Source: an uncultured Thiotrichales bacterium | GTDB taxonomy: Bacteria; Pseudomonadota; Gammaproteobacteria; UWMA-0217 | Assembly: GCA_964430355.1 (NCBI GenBank) | Contig: CAYSFW010000089.1 | Location: 147,750 to 211,749, forward strand | Direction of reading: 5' to 3' | DNA: 64,000 nucleotides | Part shown: positions 31,751 to 41,169 of the stretch, in pieces | How the letters are laid out: every line of letters starts with the position of its first letter | Position numbering within the stretch: position 1 is the stretch's first letter | Notes under the pieces: generated by a model | Told to the model about the DNA's origin: nothing | Database searches by the model: none | The model's input: only the letters and a program-made list of their open reading frames with translations | Translations under genes and position numbers: made by a program

Positions 31751-34700
31751 TGATGACCTCAAGCCCGTCCGCGACCCTTACACTCGGCAGGCGGCTCGGC
31801 ATCCGCAGTATCGTGTATGTCGCTGGCGAGGCCATTCCCTACTTCTGGCCGATGCGGACCTTCATCCACCACAACCCGCTGCACGGGCTTGAGCATCTGC
31901 CGTTCCACGCTGCCGTGGCGGAGGGCGAACGCTTGTTCCATGGCCAGGGCTACCTCAACCGAACGGCGTACCGGCGCTACCTGAAGGAAGGCCGGCTCTC
32001 GCGGGCGGACCTTGAGGTCCAGGTCGAGCGCTACATCGCGTCACGTCCCCCCCTTTCCGGCATCGACGCGCACGCCTTGCTAATGGAGAGGTTGATTGGG
32101 TCTGCGCCATCCCAGGCAGGGAATCTTGCTCTTGCGGACGCAGCGGACGTGCGCGCCGCGCTCAACCGCGCGCGCTTGCCGACCCGACACGTCGACGTGG
32201 CCACCCAAGTACTGCCGCTCGTATCCGGAAAACGTCCCCTCTACGAGGCGGTCGACCTGTTGTTCGGCACCGAGATCGGCGCGACGCTCGACGAGTTGGT
32301 GGTAAAGGGCTGTCTGGACTTCTTCGACGAAGGCCAGTCAGCTTGGCGCATGCCTGGCCGGGAACAAGGCTTGTTTCGCGCATGGAGTGCGGTGGCGCGC
32401 CACAACCTGCGCCTGTTCATCCGCGGGCTGCACATCCAGCGCATTCTGCAGGCCGCCGACTCGCCCGAAGGGGTCATCAGCCACGTGCTGAGCGAGTTGG
32501 GCATACCGGAGGAGCGTTGGGTGGACTACTTCGCCGCGGAGCTCACGCGACTGCACGGCTGGGCAGGCTTCATCCGGTGGCGATCGGCAGCGAAGACCTA
32601 CTTGTGGAGCCGTCATCACCCCGCGGACCTGACGGATTACCTCGCAATCCGGCTCGTGCTCGGGTTGGTCCTGCTTCGCGAGCATGCGGCGCGTGCGCAA
32701 ACACCGGGCAACCTACCCGCCCTGCGCCAGTTCGTTGAAGCGCATCCAGAAGAGGCTTACCTACGGCTGGAGTTTCACACGGGGCGGGTGATCCCCGCGC
32801 TGGCGCATGCGGTGGAGGACGCAATCGCCACGCCGCGGAGCGGGCGCCTGCGGCGACTCATGCCGGAGTACCTCGCCAGCAAGCGCGCGCAAGAGGCAGG
32901 GCAGCTTGCCGAGGGTCTGATAGCTCTGGCTGGACCCTCAGGGCAGCGACAAGCTCTTGCAGGCCTGGATGTCGAGTCGCTTGGTATGTTGCTGAGCCTG
33001 CTCGAAGATTTCTCACGCGTGGAAGGCGCCGTTTGGCTAGAGGCCCACGAAGCGCACTTCCGCCGCGAGCTCTTAGGTCGCCTCAGCCTCGCGCTGCCTC
33101 CGCCACGGGCCAAGCGTCCCTTTGCACAGGCGATGTTCTGCATCGACGTGCGCTCCGAGAGGATTCGGCGCCACCTGGAGCGCGTGGGCGATTACCAAAC
33201 GTTTGGCATCGCCGGCTTCTTTGGTATTCCGATGAGCTTCATCGGCCTGGACAAGGGCAGTGAGACCCAACTCTGCCCGGTGGTCGTGACCCCAAAAAAC
33301 GTGGTGTTGGAGTTGGATATCGCCCGCGCCAAAGATCACGACGCATTCATCTCGGTGCTTGAGCACGTGTTTCATGACCTGAAGGCTTCGGTGCTGTCGC
33401 CCTACATCACTGTGGAGGCCATCGGTCTGTTGTTCGGGCTGGACATGTTCGGCAAGAGCTTTGCGCCTGCCGTGTATAACCGCTGGCGCAGCCGCCTGCA
33501 TCCGCAGAAGACCGACAGCCGGCTCCTGCTCGACAAACTCTCCCGGGAGCAGGCCGATTCCATCATCCGCGCGCTGCAGCGGGCCATGATTGTCAAGGCG
33601 GTTACGCGCGAGCTTGGCATCCGACGTGAGGCGATCACCGACGAGATGATTCGCGAGCTGCGCGAGACGGCGCTCTGCAACCGCGAAGGGCCGAGCCGCC
33701 TGGCAACAGCGTTCAAGCTCGAAGCCGAGGTCGAGGCTCGGTTCATCCAGCGCTTGCGCGAGGTCTACCGCGTGGACCGTGGCTATGCACAGATCCAAAT
33801 GGAGCGCCTCGGGCGCATCGGTTTCAGCCTCGAGGAGCAGATCAACTACGTCGTACTCGTTCTGCGCTCGATCGGCCTGACCCGAGGGTTCTCCCGCTTC
33901 GTTCTCGCAGTGGGCCACGGCAGCCGCTCGGAGAACAACCCCTATGAGTCGGCACTGGACTGTGGCGCCTGTGGGGGCAACCACGGACTGATCAACGCAC
34001 GGGTACTTAGCCAGATCGCCAACAAGCCCGCGGTCCGCGAGGGACTGCGCCGACACGGCATCGACGTGCCGGACGACACCTGGTTTGTGCCCGCCCTGCA
34101 CAACACCACGACCGACCAGATTGTGCTGCATGATCTCGACCTGCTGCCCCCGAGTCACCTGGTGTACCTGGACCGGTTATCCAGCGGGCTTGAGGCAGCC
34201 TCCCGCCTCAGTGCCTGCGAGCGATTGCCCGCGCTAGCTTCGGTCACGCACCCCCTTGCCACTGAGAGGGCTTACCGAGTTGCTTACACCAACGCCTTCG
34301 ATTGGTCGCAGGTCCGGCCGGAGTGGGGGCTCTCGCGCAATGCCGCCTTCATCATTGCCAGACGTCAGGTGACCGAGCAGGCGGACCTGCAAGGCCGGGT
34401 GTTCCTGCATTCTTATGACTATCGTTGTGACCCCAAGGGCCGGTTACTTGAAAACATCCTTGCCGGTCCCCTCGTCGTAGGGCAGTGGATCAATCTGGAA
34501 CATTATTTTTCGGTCGTAGACAACGAGCGTTACGGCAGCGGCTCCAAGGTCTATCACAACGTTGCGGGTCGCTTCGGCGTCATGACCGGAAACCTGTCCG
34601 ACCTGCGCACCGGGCTGCCGGCCCAGACCGTACTCAAGGACGGACGGCCCTTTCACGAGCCCCTGCGGTTGCTCACGGTCATTGAAGCGCCATTCGAGCA

Positions 34701-34872
34701 GGCGCGAAAGGCCGTCGAGGGTGTGGCAAAGGTCAAAGGCCTCGTGCGTAACGGGTGGGTGCACATGGTCATCGTGGATCCGGAAACGGGCGAGGTGCGC
34801 CGCTACACCGAGGGATGCTGGCAGCGCGAGACGCTCGGCGAGTTCACCCCGTCACAGGAGTCTTTGCCATGA
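31747..34872 (+). CDS. dabA: DAB/DAC soluble subunit (DUF2309, beta-CA-like)
   Basis: FIHHNPLHG, FCIDVRSE, GHGS, ALDCGACGG Zn-ligand motifs, WSQVRPEWGL, HNVAG...GN. Confidence 0.92.
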   Translation: MMMTSSPSATLTLGRRLGIRSIVYVAGEAIPYFWPMRTFIHHNPLHGLEHLPFHAAVAEGERLFHGQGYLNRTAYRRYLKEGRLSRADLEVQVERYIASRPPLSGIDAHALLMERLIGSAPSQAGNLALADAADVRAALNRARLPTRHVDVATQVLPLVSGKRPLYEAVDLLFGTEIGATLDELVVKGCLDFFDEGQSAWRMPGREQGLFRAWSAVARHNLRLFIRGLHIQRILQAADSPEGVISHVLSELGIPEERWVDYFAAELTRLHGWAGFIRWRSAAKTYLWSRHHPADLTDYLAIRLVLGLVLLREHAARAQTPGNLPALRQFVEAHPEEAYLRLEFHTGRVIPALAHAVEDAIATPRSGRLRRLMPEYLASKRAQEAGQLAEGLIALAGPSGQRQALAGLDVESLGMLLSLLEDFSRVEGAVWLEAHEAHFRRELLGRLSLALPPPRAKRPFAQAMFCIDVRSERIRRHLERVGDYQTFGIAGFFGIPMSFIGLDKGSETQLCPVVVTPKNVVLELDIARAKDHDAFISVLEHVFHDLKASVLSPYITVEAIGLLFGLDMFGKSFAPAVYNRWRSRLHPQKTDSRLLLDKLSREQADSIIRALQRAMIVKAVTRELGIRREAITDEMIRELRETALCNREGPSRLATAFKLEAEVEARFIQRLREVYRVDRGYAQIQMERLGRIGFSLEEQINYVVLVLRSIGLTRGFSRFVLAVGHGSRSENNPYESALDCGACGGNHGLINARVLSQIANKPAVREGLRRHGIDVPDDTWFVPALHNTTTDQIVLHDLDLLPPSHLVYLDRLSSGLEAASRLSACERLPALASVTHPLATERAYRVAYTNAFDWSQVRPEWGLSRNAAFIIARRQVTEQADLQGRVFLHSYDYRCDPKGRLLENILAGPLVVGQWINLEHYFSVVDNERYGSGSKVYHNVAGRFGVMTGNLSDLRTGLPAQTVLKDGRPFHEPLRLLTVIEAPFEQARKAVEGVAKVKGLVRNGWVHMVIVDPETGEVRRYTEGCWQRETLGEFTPSQESLP

Positions 34873-35195
34873 AAAACCTCAACTTCAGTCCGTTGAAAAA
34901 ACTCGAGATCATTATCGAGGGCGCTCACCAGGAATACGCCACTGACCTGCTCGACCGCGCGGGGGTGAGTGGCTACACCATCGTCAACAACCTTTCTGGC
35001 AAAGGGCGTCATGGCTTCCACGAAGGCCACCTGATGTTCAACGAAGACGCCGTGCTCATCATGATTATCGTCGCTGTGCCGGAGGAGTTGGTGAAGCCCT
35101 TGCTTGAGGGCTATGCGCCGTTTTTCAGCCAGCACTCGGGGGTCGTCTTCATCTCGGACATTCAGGTCACCCGATTGCAAAAGTTCACCGGGTGA
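34869..35195 (+). CDS. P-II superfamily (SbtB-like) regulator of the DAC
   Basis: KKLEIIIEG, GVSGYTI...SGKGRHG; ATGA overlap with dabA. Confidence 0.8.
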   Translation: MKNLNFSPLKKLEIIIEGAHQEYATDLLDRAGVSGYTIVNNLSGKGRHGFHEGHLMFNEDAVLIMIIVAVPEELVKPLLEGYAPFFSQHSGVVFISDIQVTRLQKFTG

Positions 35196-35216
35196 AGGCG
35201 TTGGTCCGCTGGCGGC

Positions 35217-36191
35217 TCAGGTTGGTGCTGTCGATTGGGAGACGCCAAACCCCTCGTTCGTGCCACGCATCTGTGGCTGGACTTGCTCCCAGATGCGGCG
35301 GCCGTCCTGGAGCAGGAAGTCGCGAAACATACGAGCGGTTGGGGACAGCTTCTTGCCCTTGAGATGCACCGCGTACCACTTGCGGATCAAGGGGAAATGT
35401 TCCACATCAAGCACGGCGAGCAGCCCGGACTCCATTTCCAGCCGTAGGTTGTGGCGCGACAGCACGGAAATGCCCAAGCCCGCCATCACTGCCTGCTTGA
35501 TGGCCTCGCTGCTGCCGAGCTCCATGTACACGTTAGCGGAGAGTCCATGCTCGGCGAACAGGCGCGTGCGCGCTGCTCGGGTGCCCGAGCCGGGTTCGCG
35601 GGCGAGGAAGCGCTCCTCGGCGATGCGGGCCAGTGGAATGTTCCGTTGTCCTACCAGGGGGTGGTCTGGGTGGGCCACCACGACGATCGGATTGTCGAGA
35701 AAGTATTCCGCTTCCAGGTCCAGGTTTTCGGGCAGGGTCCCCATGATGACGATGTCATCAAGATTGTTTTCCAACCGCTCCACAACGCGCGCCTGGTTCG
35801 TGATGGTCAGCCTGGGTTCGACTTCCGGGTAATCCCGCAGAAAAACCCCCAGCAGGTGGGGCATGAAGTACTTGGCTGTGGTGATCGCGGAGAGCTTGAT
35901 TGGTCCCTTGACGCCTTTCTCCAGACCGATCATGTCCTCGTTGAGCACCTGAAGGCGGTCGAGCACGTCCCGGCTCGCTTCGAATAACTCCCGCCCCGCT
36001 TCCGTGAGAAACAGGCGCTTCCCTACCTGCTCTACCAAAGGGATGCCGACACTTTCCTCCAACCGCTTGATTTGTATGGAAACAGCGGGCTGCGTCAGAA
36101 ACAGCTCTTCGGCCACGCGGGTATAGCTGAGGTGCGTACCCAGGCTGTGGAACAGGCGGAGCTGGTGCAAGGTCACGTTTCGCAGCCGCAT
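35217..36191 (-). CDS. cbbR: LysR-family CBB regulator
   Basis: TLHQLRLF...AEELFLTQPAVSIQ HTH, TTAKYFMPHLLG, REPGSGTR, SSEAIKQAV. Confidence 0.85.
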   Translation of the reverse strand: MRLRNVTLHQLRLFHSLGTHLSYTRVAEELFLTQPAVSIQIKRLEESVGIPLVEQVGKRLFLTEAGRELFEASRDVLDRLQVLNEDMIGLEKGVKGPIKLSAITTAKYFMPHLLGVFLRDYPEVEPRLTITNQARVVERLENNLDDIVIMGTLPENLDLEAEYFLDNPIVVVAHPDHPLVGQRNIPLARIAEERFLAREPGSGTRAARTRLFAEHGLSANVYMELGSSEAIKQAVMAGLGISVLSRHNLRLEMESGLLAVLDVEHFPLIRKWYAVHLKGKKLSPTARMFRDFLLQDGRRIWEQVQPQMRGTNEGFGVSQSTAPT

Positions 36192-36201
36192 CTTACCCTC
36201 C

Positions 36202-36257
36202 GTTCATAAATTAATTTATATGAACAACATAATAACAATTAACTGTAGTTGATTGTT
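36202..36257. promoter_or_regulatory. Divergent cbbR/csoS2 control region with LysR-type boxes
   Basis: Palindrome ATAAATTAATTTAT (36206-19) inside GTTCAT..ATGAAC, and AACAATTAAC-tgta-GTTGATTGTT (36234-57). Confidence 0.6.
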
Positions 36258-36370
36258 CTTCCCAGCTACAGTGCGTGACATGCAGCGATTCCACCGGCCC
36301 ATGCGACCGCCACGAATCGCGCCCGGCGAGCACGCCGGGATTCCGTCAACGCACCACCGAGAGGAAAGAC

Positions 36371-38704
36371 ATGCCAGAGCAGACTGCGACAGCCGACGCC
36401 ATGGCGGGCTTGAGCGGAAGGGATTTTGCCCGTGCGCGCCGGGCCATGTTGAGTCAGACCGGGAAGAAGGGCAATGGGCTACTGACGCCGCAGGGCGTGG
36501 CCTCGATTCAGCGCGAACGTCTTGTCAACGCGTCAAGCGCGCCCGCGACGCTGCCGGCTGCGCCAACTACGGGAGCCATAACGGATTCCCCCGCGCTGTC
36601 GTTCGAGGTCGCCAACGAGGTGGCTGCAGATGTTGCCTGTGCGTTGATCGAAAGCTCACCAGACGTCGCCGCCGCCGTGGAAGCGGACAGCGGCATCAGC
36701 ATGCGCGACTACTGCCGCCAGCGCCGGCAGGCGCTGGCCACGAAGGGCAAAACGGCCTTGCCCCCAAAGCCGGGGTCGGCCATCGGCGGGAGTGGCTCTT
36801 CGGGCCATGCGGTGGCCAGGCAGCGACGCATCGAGCAAAGTCTCAAGGGGCGTGGTAGTGCGCCGCCGGCGCGTCCCAGCGGCCGCATCCGTCCGCAAGT
36901 CGAGCCACCCCCCAAGGTTGAAACGGGGACCACGCTCGCTGGCCAGACGGTCACTGGCACGCAGGTCGAGCGGACGGTCAAGGTCACCGGCAATGAGCCG
37001 GGCTCATGCCGTGTGATCACCGGCACGGAGTACATCGGACAGGAGCAGTTCGACAAGTTCTGCATATCGCGGCCCAATCCCGCGCCAGCCAAGGTCGGCG
37101 CGAGCGCTACCAGTCGTGGCCAGGTGGTCAGCGGCACCGAGGTGGCCCGCACACCGAAGGTCACGGGTGGTGAGGCCGGCACATGCAAGCCGGTGACCGG
37201 CACCGAGTACTTGGGTAATGAGACGTTCGTCGAGTTCTGCGCTGGAAAGAACCTGATTGCCAGACCCGAGAAGGTGGTCATGGGCACCAGTGCCCGGCGG
37301 GGGTTGACTATCACCGGTAGCGACGAGGCTCGTCCCGTCGCGGTCACAGGCGTCGAGGCCGGGGCGCGGCGGACGATCACTGGATCGCAGTACAACGATG
37401 CGGGCGTTTCACGCCTGACCATCAATGGTCCGCGCAAGGTGGCGTTGACCCACACGTTGGCGGGCCGTCCCGTTTCGGGTACCGAGGTCGGGCGTTCTTT
37501 CAAGGTCACCGGCGACGAGGCAGGGGCGTGCCGGACGATCTCGGGTACGGAATACCTCTCGAACGAGCAGTTCCAGAGCATCTGTCACACCCGTCCCCCC
37601 GCAGGAGCGGCCAAGGTGGGCGAAGCGGCGAGTCTCACTGGTCAGCGGATCACTGGCAATCTGGTCGAGCGCACCGCAAAGGTCACGGGCAACGAGCCGC
37701 GCGCGGAAGGGCGCATCACCGGCTCTCAGTATGAGCGCTGCGCCACACCCGGCACCGCGCCGGCCAAGGTGCGTGAGATGCACACGTTGGCTGGCCGCCC
37801 GGTTACGGGGGGACTGCTGGTCGGGCGTGTGTCCCCAAAGTTGAGCGGTGACGAGCGGGGTGGGTGCCAGCCCGTCACCGGAACCGAGTACGCAGGGGCG
37901 GAACAGGCCGCCGCTTGCCCGACGTTGGAGCCGGTAACGCCTGCTGCCAAGGTTGATGTCACCCACACCCTGCGCGGTCAGGTGGTTTCCGGGACACCCC
38001 TGGGCCGTTCCACCCTTGTGACCGGTGATGAGCCAGGCAGTCACCTGGCCATCAGTGGGACACCCTATGCGGCCAGCGAGCAAGTCGCCGGTGCGTGTGG
38101 GTGCGGTTGCGGTTGCAAGGGTCCCGAGTCTGCCGAGGTCGATACGCTGCCCCAGGCCCATCCCCGCTTCCAGCCACCTGGCCGTACCCGTGCCATGGCC
38201 ATGAGCATGATGCCGGCCGAGCCCCGCCCGCAGTCGTTCAGCGTTACGGGCCCCGCGCGTGAGGCTCGCAGCCGCATCACCGGCACTGGCTATGGCGGCT
38301 CCGGGCGCATCACCGGCCCCGTGAACATGGCCACGGGCCTGGTCTCGGGTACGCCGGAATTTCGCTATCGCGACGAGGGCAGCTTCATCGCCCGCAATTG
38401 CCGGGACGCCATGCCCAGTCAGGCGGCGGTTGGGGATTCGCGCATCACCGGCGAGGGTCGCGATGCCGGCCAGCGCATCACCGGCGATGATTGGGGGCGC
38501 AGCGAGCGTGTGACCGGTACCGAAGGCCGCTGGGCACAAACCCGAAATCCGACCTTGCGTGGCGTCAGTTGTGGCATGTCCGCGGGCGCTTGGGCCAACA
38601 AAGGCCGCGAACGCCCCGAGGTGCCCTTGGCGAAGGTCACGGGTAGTAGCGGCAACGCGGGCAAGGGGGCGGTGGTCACGGTCTCTGGCGGGGCGCGGGG
38701 CTAA
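36371..38704 (+). CDS. csoS2: Alpha-carboxysome scaffold protein CsoS2
   Basis: Three N-repeats (RDFARARR, RDYCRQRR, HAVARQRR), seven M-repeats with (V/I)(T/S)G triplets and GTEY, C-terminus VTVSGGARG; GAGGA RBS before ATG 36371. Confidence 0.93.
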   Translation: MPEQTATADAMAGLSGRDFARARRAMLSQTGKKGNGLLTPQGVASIQRERLVNASSAPATLPAAPTTGAITDSPALSFEVANEVAADVACALIESSPDVAAAVEADSGISMRDYCRQRRQALATKGKTALPPKPGSAIGGSGSSGHAVARQRRIEQSLKGRGSAPPARPSGRIRPQVEPPPKVETGTTLAGQTVTGTQVERTVKVTGNEPGSCRVITGTEYIGQEQFDKFCISRPNPAPAKVGASATSRGQVVSGTEVARTPKVTGGEAGTCKPVTGTEYLGNETFVEFCAGKNLIARPEKVVMGTSARRGLTITGSDEARPVAVTGVEAGARRTITGSQYNDAGVSRLTINGPRKVALTHTLAGRPVSGTEVGRSFKVTGDEAGACRTISGTEYLSNEQFQSICHTRPPAGAAKVGEAASLTGQRITGNLVERTAKVTGNEPRAEGRITGSQYERCATPGTAPAKVREMHTLAGRPVTGGLLVGRVSPKLSGDERGGCQPVTGTEYAGAEQAAACPTLEPVTPAAKVDVTHTLRGQVVSGTPLGRSTLVTGDEPGSHLAISGTPYAASEQVAGACGCGCGCKGPESAEVDTLPQAHPRFQPPGRTRAMAMSMMPAEPRPQSFSVTGPAREARSRITGTGYGGSGRITGPVNMATGLVSGTPEFRYRDEGSFIARNCRDAMPSQAAVGDSRITGEGRDAGQRITGDDWGRSERVTGTEGRWAQTRNPTLRGVSCGMSAGAWANKGRERPEVPLAKVTGSSGNAGKGAVVTVSGGARG
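37834..37851 (+). other. -1 programmed ribosomal frameshift site (CsoS2A/CsoS2B)
   Basis: In-frame C CCA AAG in M-repeat 6 (TCC CCA AAG); the -1 frame reads CCC AAA GTT GAG CGG TGA. Same heptamer as the known Halothiobacillus csoS2 frameshift. Confidence 0.75.
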
Positions 38705-38717
38705 GGAGGGCAATCGC

Positions 38718-40247
38718 ATGAATACCCGCAACGCCTACGCTCTGCGCGTGAAGGCCCAGCGCAAGGCCGCACCAGCGCGCGCTCCCTACGGCCTCGGTAC
38801 GCCGACCGCGACGCTTCAGACGCGGCAGGCCACAGGTTTGGAAGCGGCGGACAAGTCGACCTTGCGCCACGCATTGACGGACCGGTCCATGAATGCGCGG
38901 CTGGCCCACTGCGAGGAGTCCGTCAAGGGGCGCTTCGACACCATCGCGCCGACGCTTAAGTGTATTTCAGCCCTTCAGCATCTCGAGGACTTCCCGGAGC
39001 GCGCGCAAGCCATCGCCCGTGAGCGGCTGGGCTACGAGCTGCCCGTCAATATCCTGGAGGATGCCTGGGTTGCGGGCCTGGATCTGAAATCGCTGTACGC
39101 GCACTGCGTCTTCGAGGCGCTCAAAGGCGCGTCGGCGCAATTCGTGCATGACATTCAAAACCAATTGGAGCGCGTGCAGGATGCCCGCAACTTCTTCCTG
39201 GAGTGCGGCTACCACGCGGTGGACATCAGTCCATGTGCCGACGGTCGCCTCAAGGGGCTCTCCCGTTACATCCTGCGCCTGCCACTGACTTCGCTGACAC
39301 GGCGCAAATCCTATGCCGGTGCCCTGTTCGACGTCGAAACCGACATGCGTCACTGGGGTGTCGTCGAACTGCGTCGCTTTCGCGAGGGTGTGCCCACCAC
39401 GGCGGATGCCGGAACGCGCTATCTCAAGATCGCGGTCTACCACACCAGCTCGTCTGACCCGACGCATCAAGGGTGCGCCGCGCATGGGAGCAACGAGCAC
39501 AAGGCGATCGACGCAGCCCTCGAGCGGCTCGTCCAATTCCGCCAGGCCATCGAGAACAGCTTTTGCTGCGGCGCGAGCACCGACTTGCTGCTCCTCGGCG
39601 TGGACACCGACACGGACGCGATCAAGGTTCACATACCTGACAGCTGCGGTGACCTCTCTCCGCATCGTGTCCTCGACAACGCAGATCTCTACCGGCAAAC
39701 CGCTGGCATGTCCGCCGACGCTGCGCGAGCGGCGGTTTATGAGGCCATCCGGGCTGCCAGTCGTCAGGGTGGGTGGGGCGCGGGAGCGGGCGAGCCGCAC
39801 GATGGCATGCGTCGGTTCATCGCCAACCTGTTGATCAACAACTTCTCGCAGATCGAGTACGTGAACGAGCTCCACGGCGGACGCTACGCCGACGTTGGCC
39901 ACGCCGAGCGCTTCATCTGTGTGGGGGATGGGTTGGAAGAGGTGCAGATGCGCAACGTCGTCTACTACGCGCATTTGGCCACCCTGGAGGAAGGGGTCGC
40001 GGATGTGGACGTTGGCGTCAAGATCTTCAAGGAGCTCAACGTTAAGCACGGGCTACCCGTGCCTGTCGTGGTGCATTTCCGCTATGACAGTCGTGTGCCG
40101 GGCTCCCGCCAGCGGGCCGCCGACAAGGCCCGTCGTGTAGGAGAAGCCATCCAGAGCCGTTACGCCGATCTGAGCAGCAAGGGCTTCTTGGTATGCCGTC
40201 TCCTCGTACAGGACCAACCCACGGGCAGTTCGCTGGAGGAGGTATAA
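38718..40247 (+). CDS. csoSCA: Carboxysomal carbonic anhydrase CsoSCA
   Basis: SPCADGRL, YHTSSSDPTHQGCAAH Zn ligands, GVDTDTDAI, GHAERFI. Confidence 0.95.
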   Translation: MNTRNAYALRVKAQRKAAPARAPYGLGTPTATLQTRQATGLEAADKSTLRHALTDRSMNARLAHCEESVKGRFDTIAPTLKCISALQHLEDFPERAQAIARERLGYELPVNILEDAWVAGLDLKSLYAHCVFEALKGASAQFVHDIQNQLERVQDARNFFLECGYHAVDISPCADGRLKGLSRYILRLPLTSLTRRKSYAGALFDVETDMRHWGVVELRRFREGVPTTADAGTRYLKIAVYHTSSSDPTHQGCAAHGSNEHKAIDAALERLVQFRQAIENSFCCGASTDLLLLGVDTDTDAIKVHIPDSCGDLSPHRVLDNADLYRQTAGMSADAARAAVYEAIRAASRQGGWGAGAGEPHDGMRRFIANLLINNFSQIEYVNELHGGRYADVGHAERFICVGDGLEEVQMRNVVYYAHLATLEEGVADVDVGVKIFKELNVKHGLPVPVVVHFRYDSRVPGSRQRAADKARRVGEAIQSRYADLSSKGFLVCRLLVQDQPTGSSLEEV

Positions 40248-40252
40248 GGCGC

Positions 40253-40516
40253 ATGAAGATCATGCAAGTGGAGAAAACCCTGGTGTCGACCAACCGAATC
40301 GCTGAACTCGGCCACCGCCCACTATTAGTGGTGCGTGAAAAGGCTGGCGGCGCGCGCCAGGTCGCCGTAGATGCCATCGGCTGCATTCCGGGCGATTGGG
40401 TCATCTGCGTGGGCTCGTCCGCGGCGCGCGAGGCAGCGGGCAGCAAGGAGTACCCGTCGGACCTCACGATCGTTGGCATCATCGATCACTGGTCCGCAGA
40501 AGAGGCCAAATCCTGA
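40253..40516 (+). CDS. csoS4A: Carboxysome vertex pentamer
   Basis: MKIMQVEKTLVSTNR...VAVDAIGCIPGDWVICVGSSAAR...DLTIVGIID. Confidence 0.93.
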   Translation: MKIMQVEKTLVSTNRIAELGHRPLLVVREKAGGARQVAVDAIGCIPGDWVICVGSSAAREAAGSKEYPSDLTIVGIIDHWSAEEAKS

Positions 40517-40767
40517 TGGAAATCATGCAGGTACGTTCCGACTTGGTAGCCACGCGGCGCACCTCTGGCCTCAAGAACCACTCCCTTCGGGTGGTCGTGG
40601 ATGCCAAGGGCAACCTCTCCGTGGCGTGCGATCCGGTGGGTGTGCCGCCGGGTAAGTGGGTGTTTACCGTGAGTGGCTCGGCTGCACGGTACGCGGTTGG
40701 CGATCCTAAGGTCCTCACCGACCTGACCATTGCCGGAATCATTGATAACTGGGACCCGGAGACCTGA
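40516..40767 (+). CDS. csoS4B: Carboxysome vertex pentamer
   Basis: MEIMQV...VACDPVGVPPGKWVFTVSGSAAR...DLTIAGIIDNW. Confidence 0.93.
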   Translation: MEIMQVRSDLVATRRTSGLKNHSLRVVVDAKGNLSVACDPVGVPPGKWVFTVSGSAARYAVGDPKVLTDLTIAGIIDNWDPET

Positions 40768-40828
40768 GCGCCGGGGCGATCGACGACTCGACCTTCAACC
40801 GTTTCTCAAAACCTGTAGGAGAACTGAA

Positions 40829-41122
40829 ATGGCAGCAGTAACTGGTATTGCGCTTGGCATGATCGAAACCCGCGGCCTCGTCCCCGCTATCGAGGCGGCG
40901 GATGCCATGACCAAAGCGGCGGAGGTGCGCCTCGTGGGCCGTGAATTTGTTGGCGGCGGCTACGTCACGGTGATGGTGCGCGGTGAGACCGGTGCGGTGA
41001 ACGCAGCGGTGCGCGCCGGGGCCGATGCCTGCGAGCGCGTGGGTGACGGCTTGGTGGCCGCGCATATCATCGCCCGTGTGCACTCGGAAGTCGAAGGCGT
41101 GCTGCCCCAGGCTACATCCTGA
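40829..41122 (+). CDS. csoS1: Carboxysome shell hexamer CsoS1 (copy 1)
   Basis: GIALGMIETRG...AADAMTKAA...FVGGGY...HIIAR. Confidence 0.95.
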   Translation: MAAVTGIALGMIETRGLVPAIEAADAMTKAAEVRLVGREFVGGGYVTVMVRGETGAVNAAVRAGADACERVGDGLVAAHIIARVHSEVEGVLPQATS

Positions 41123-41169
41123 TTCGCCCAAAGATACACACTGAAATCTTGAGTTGATGGAGAACCGAA

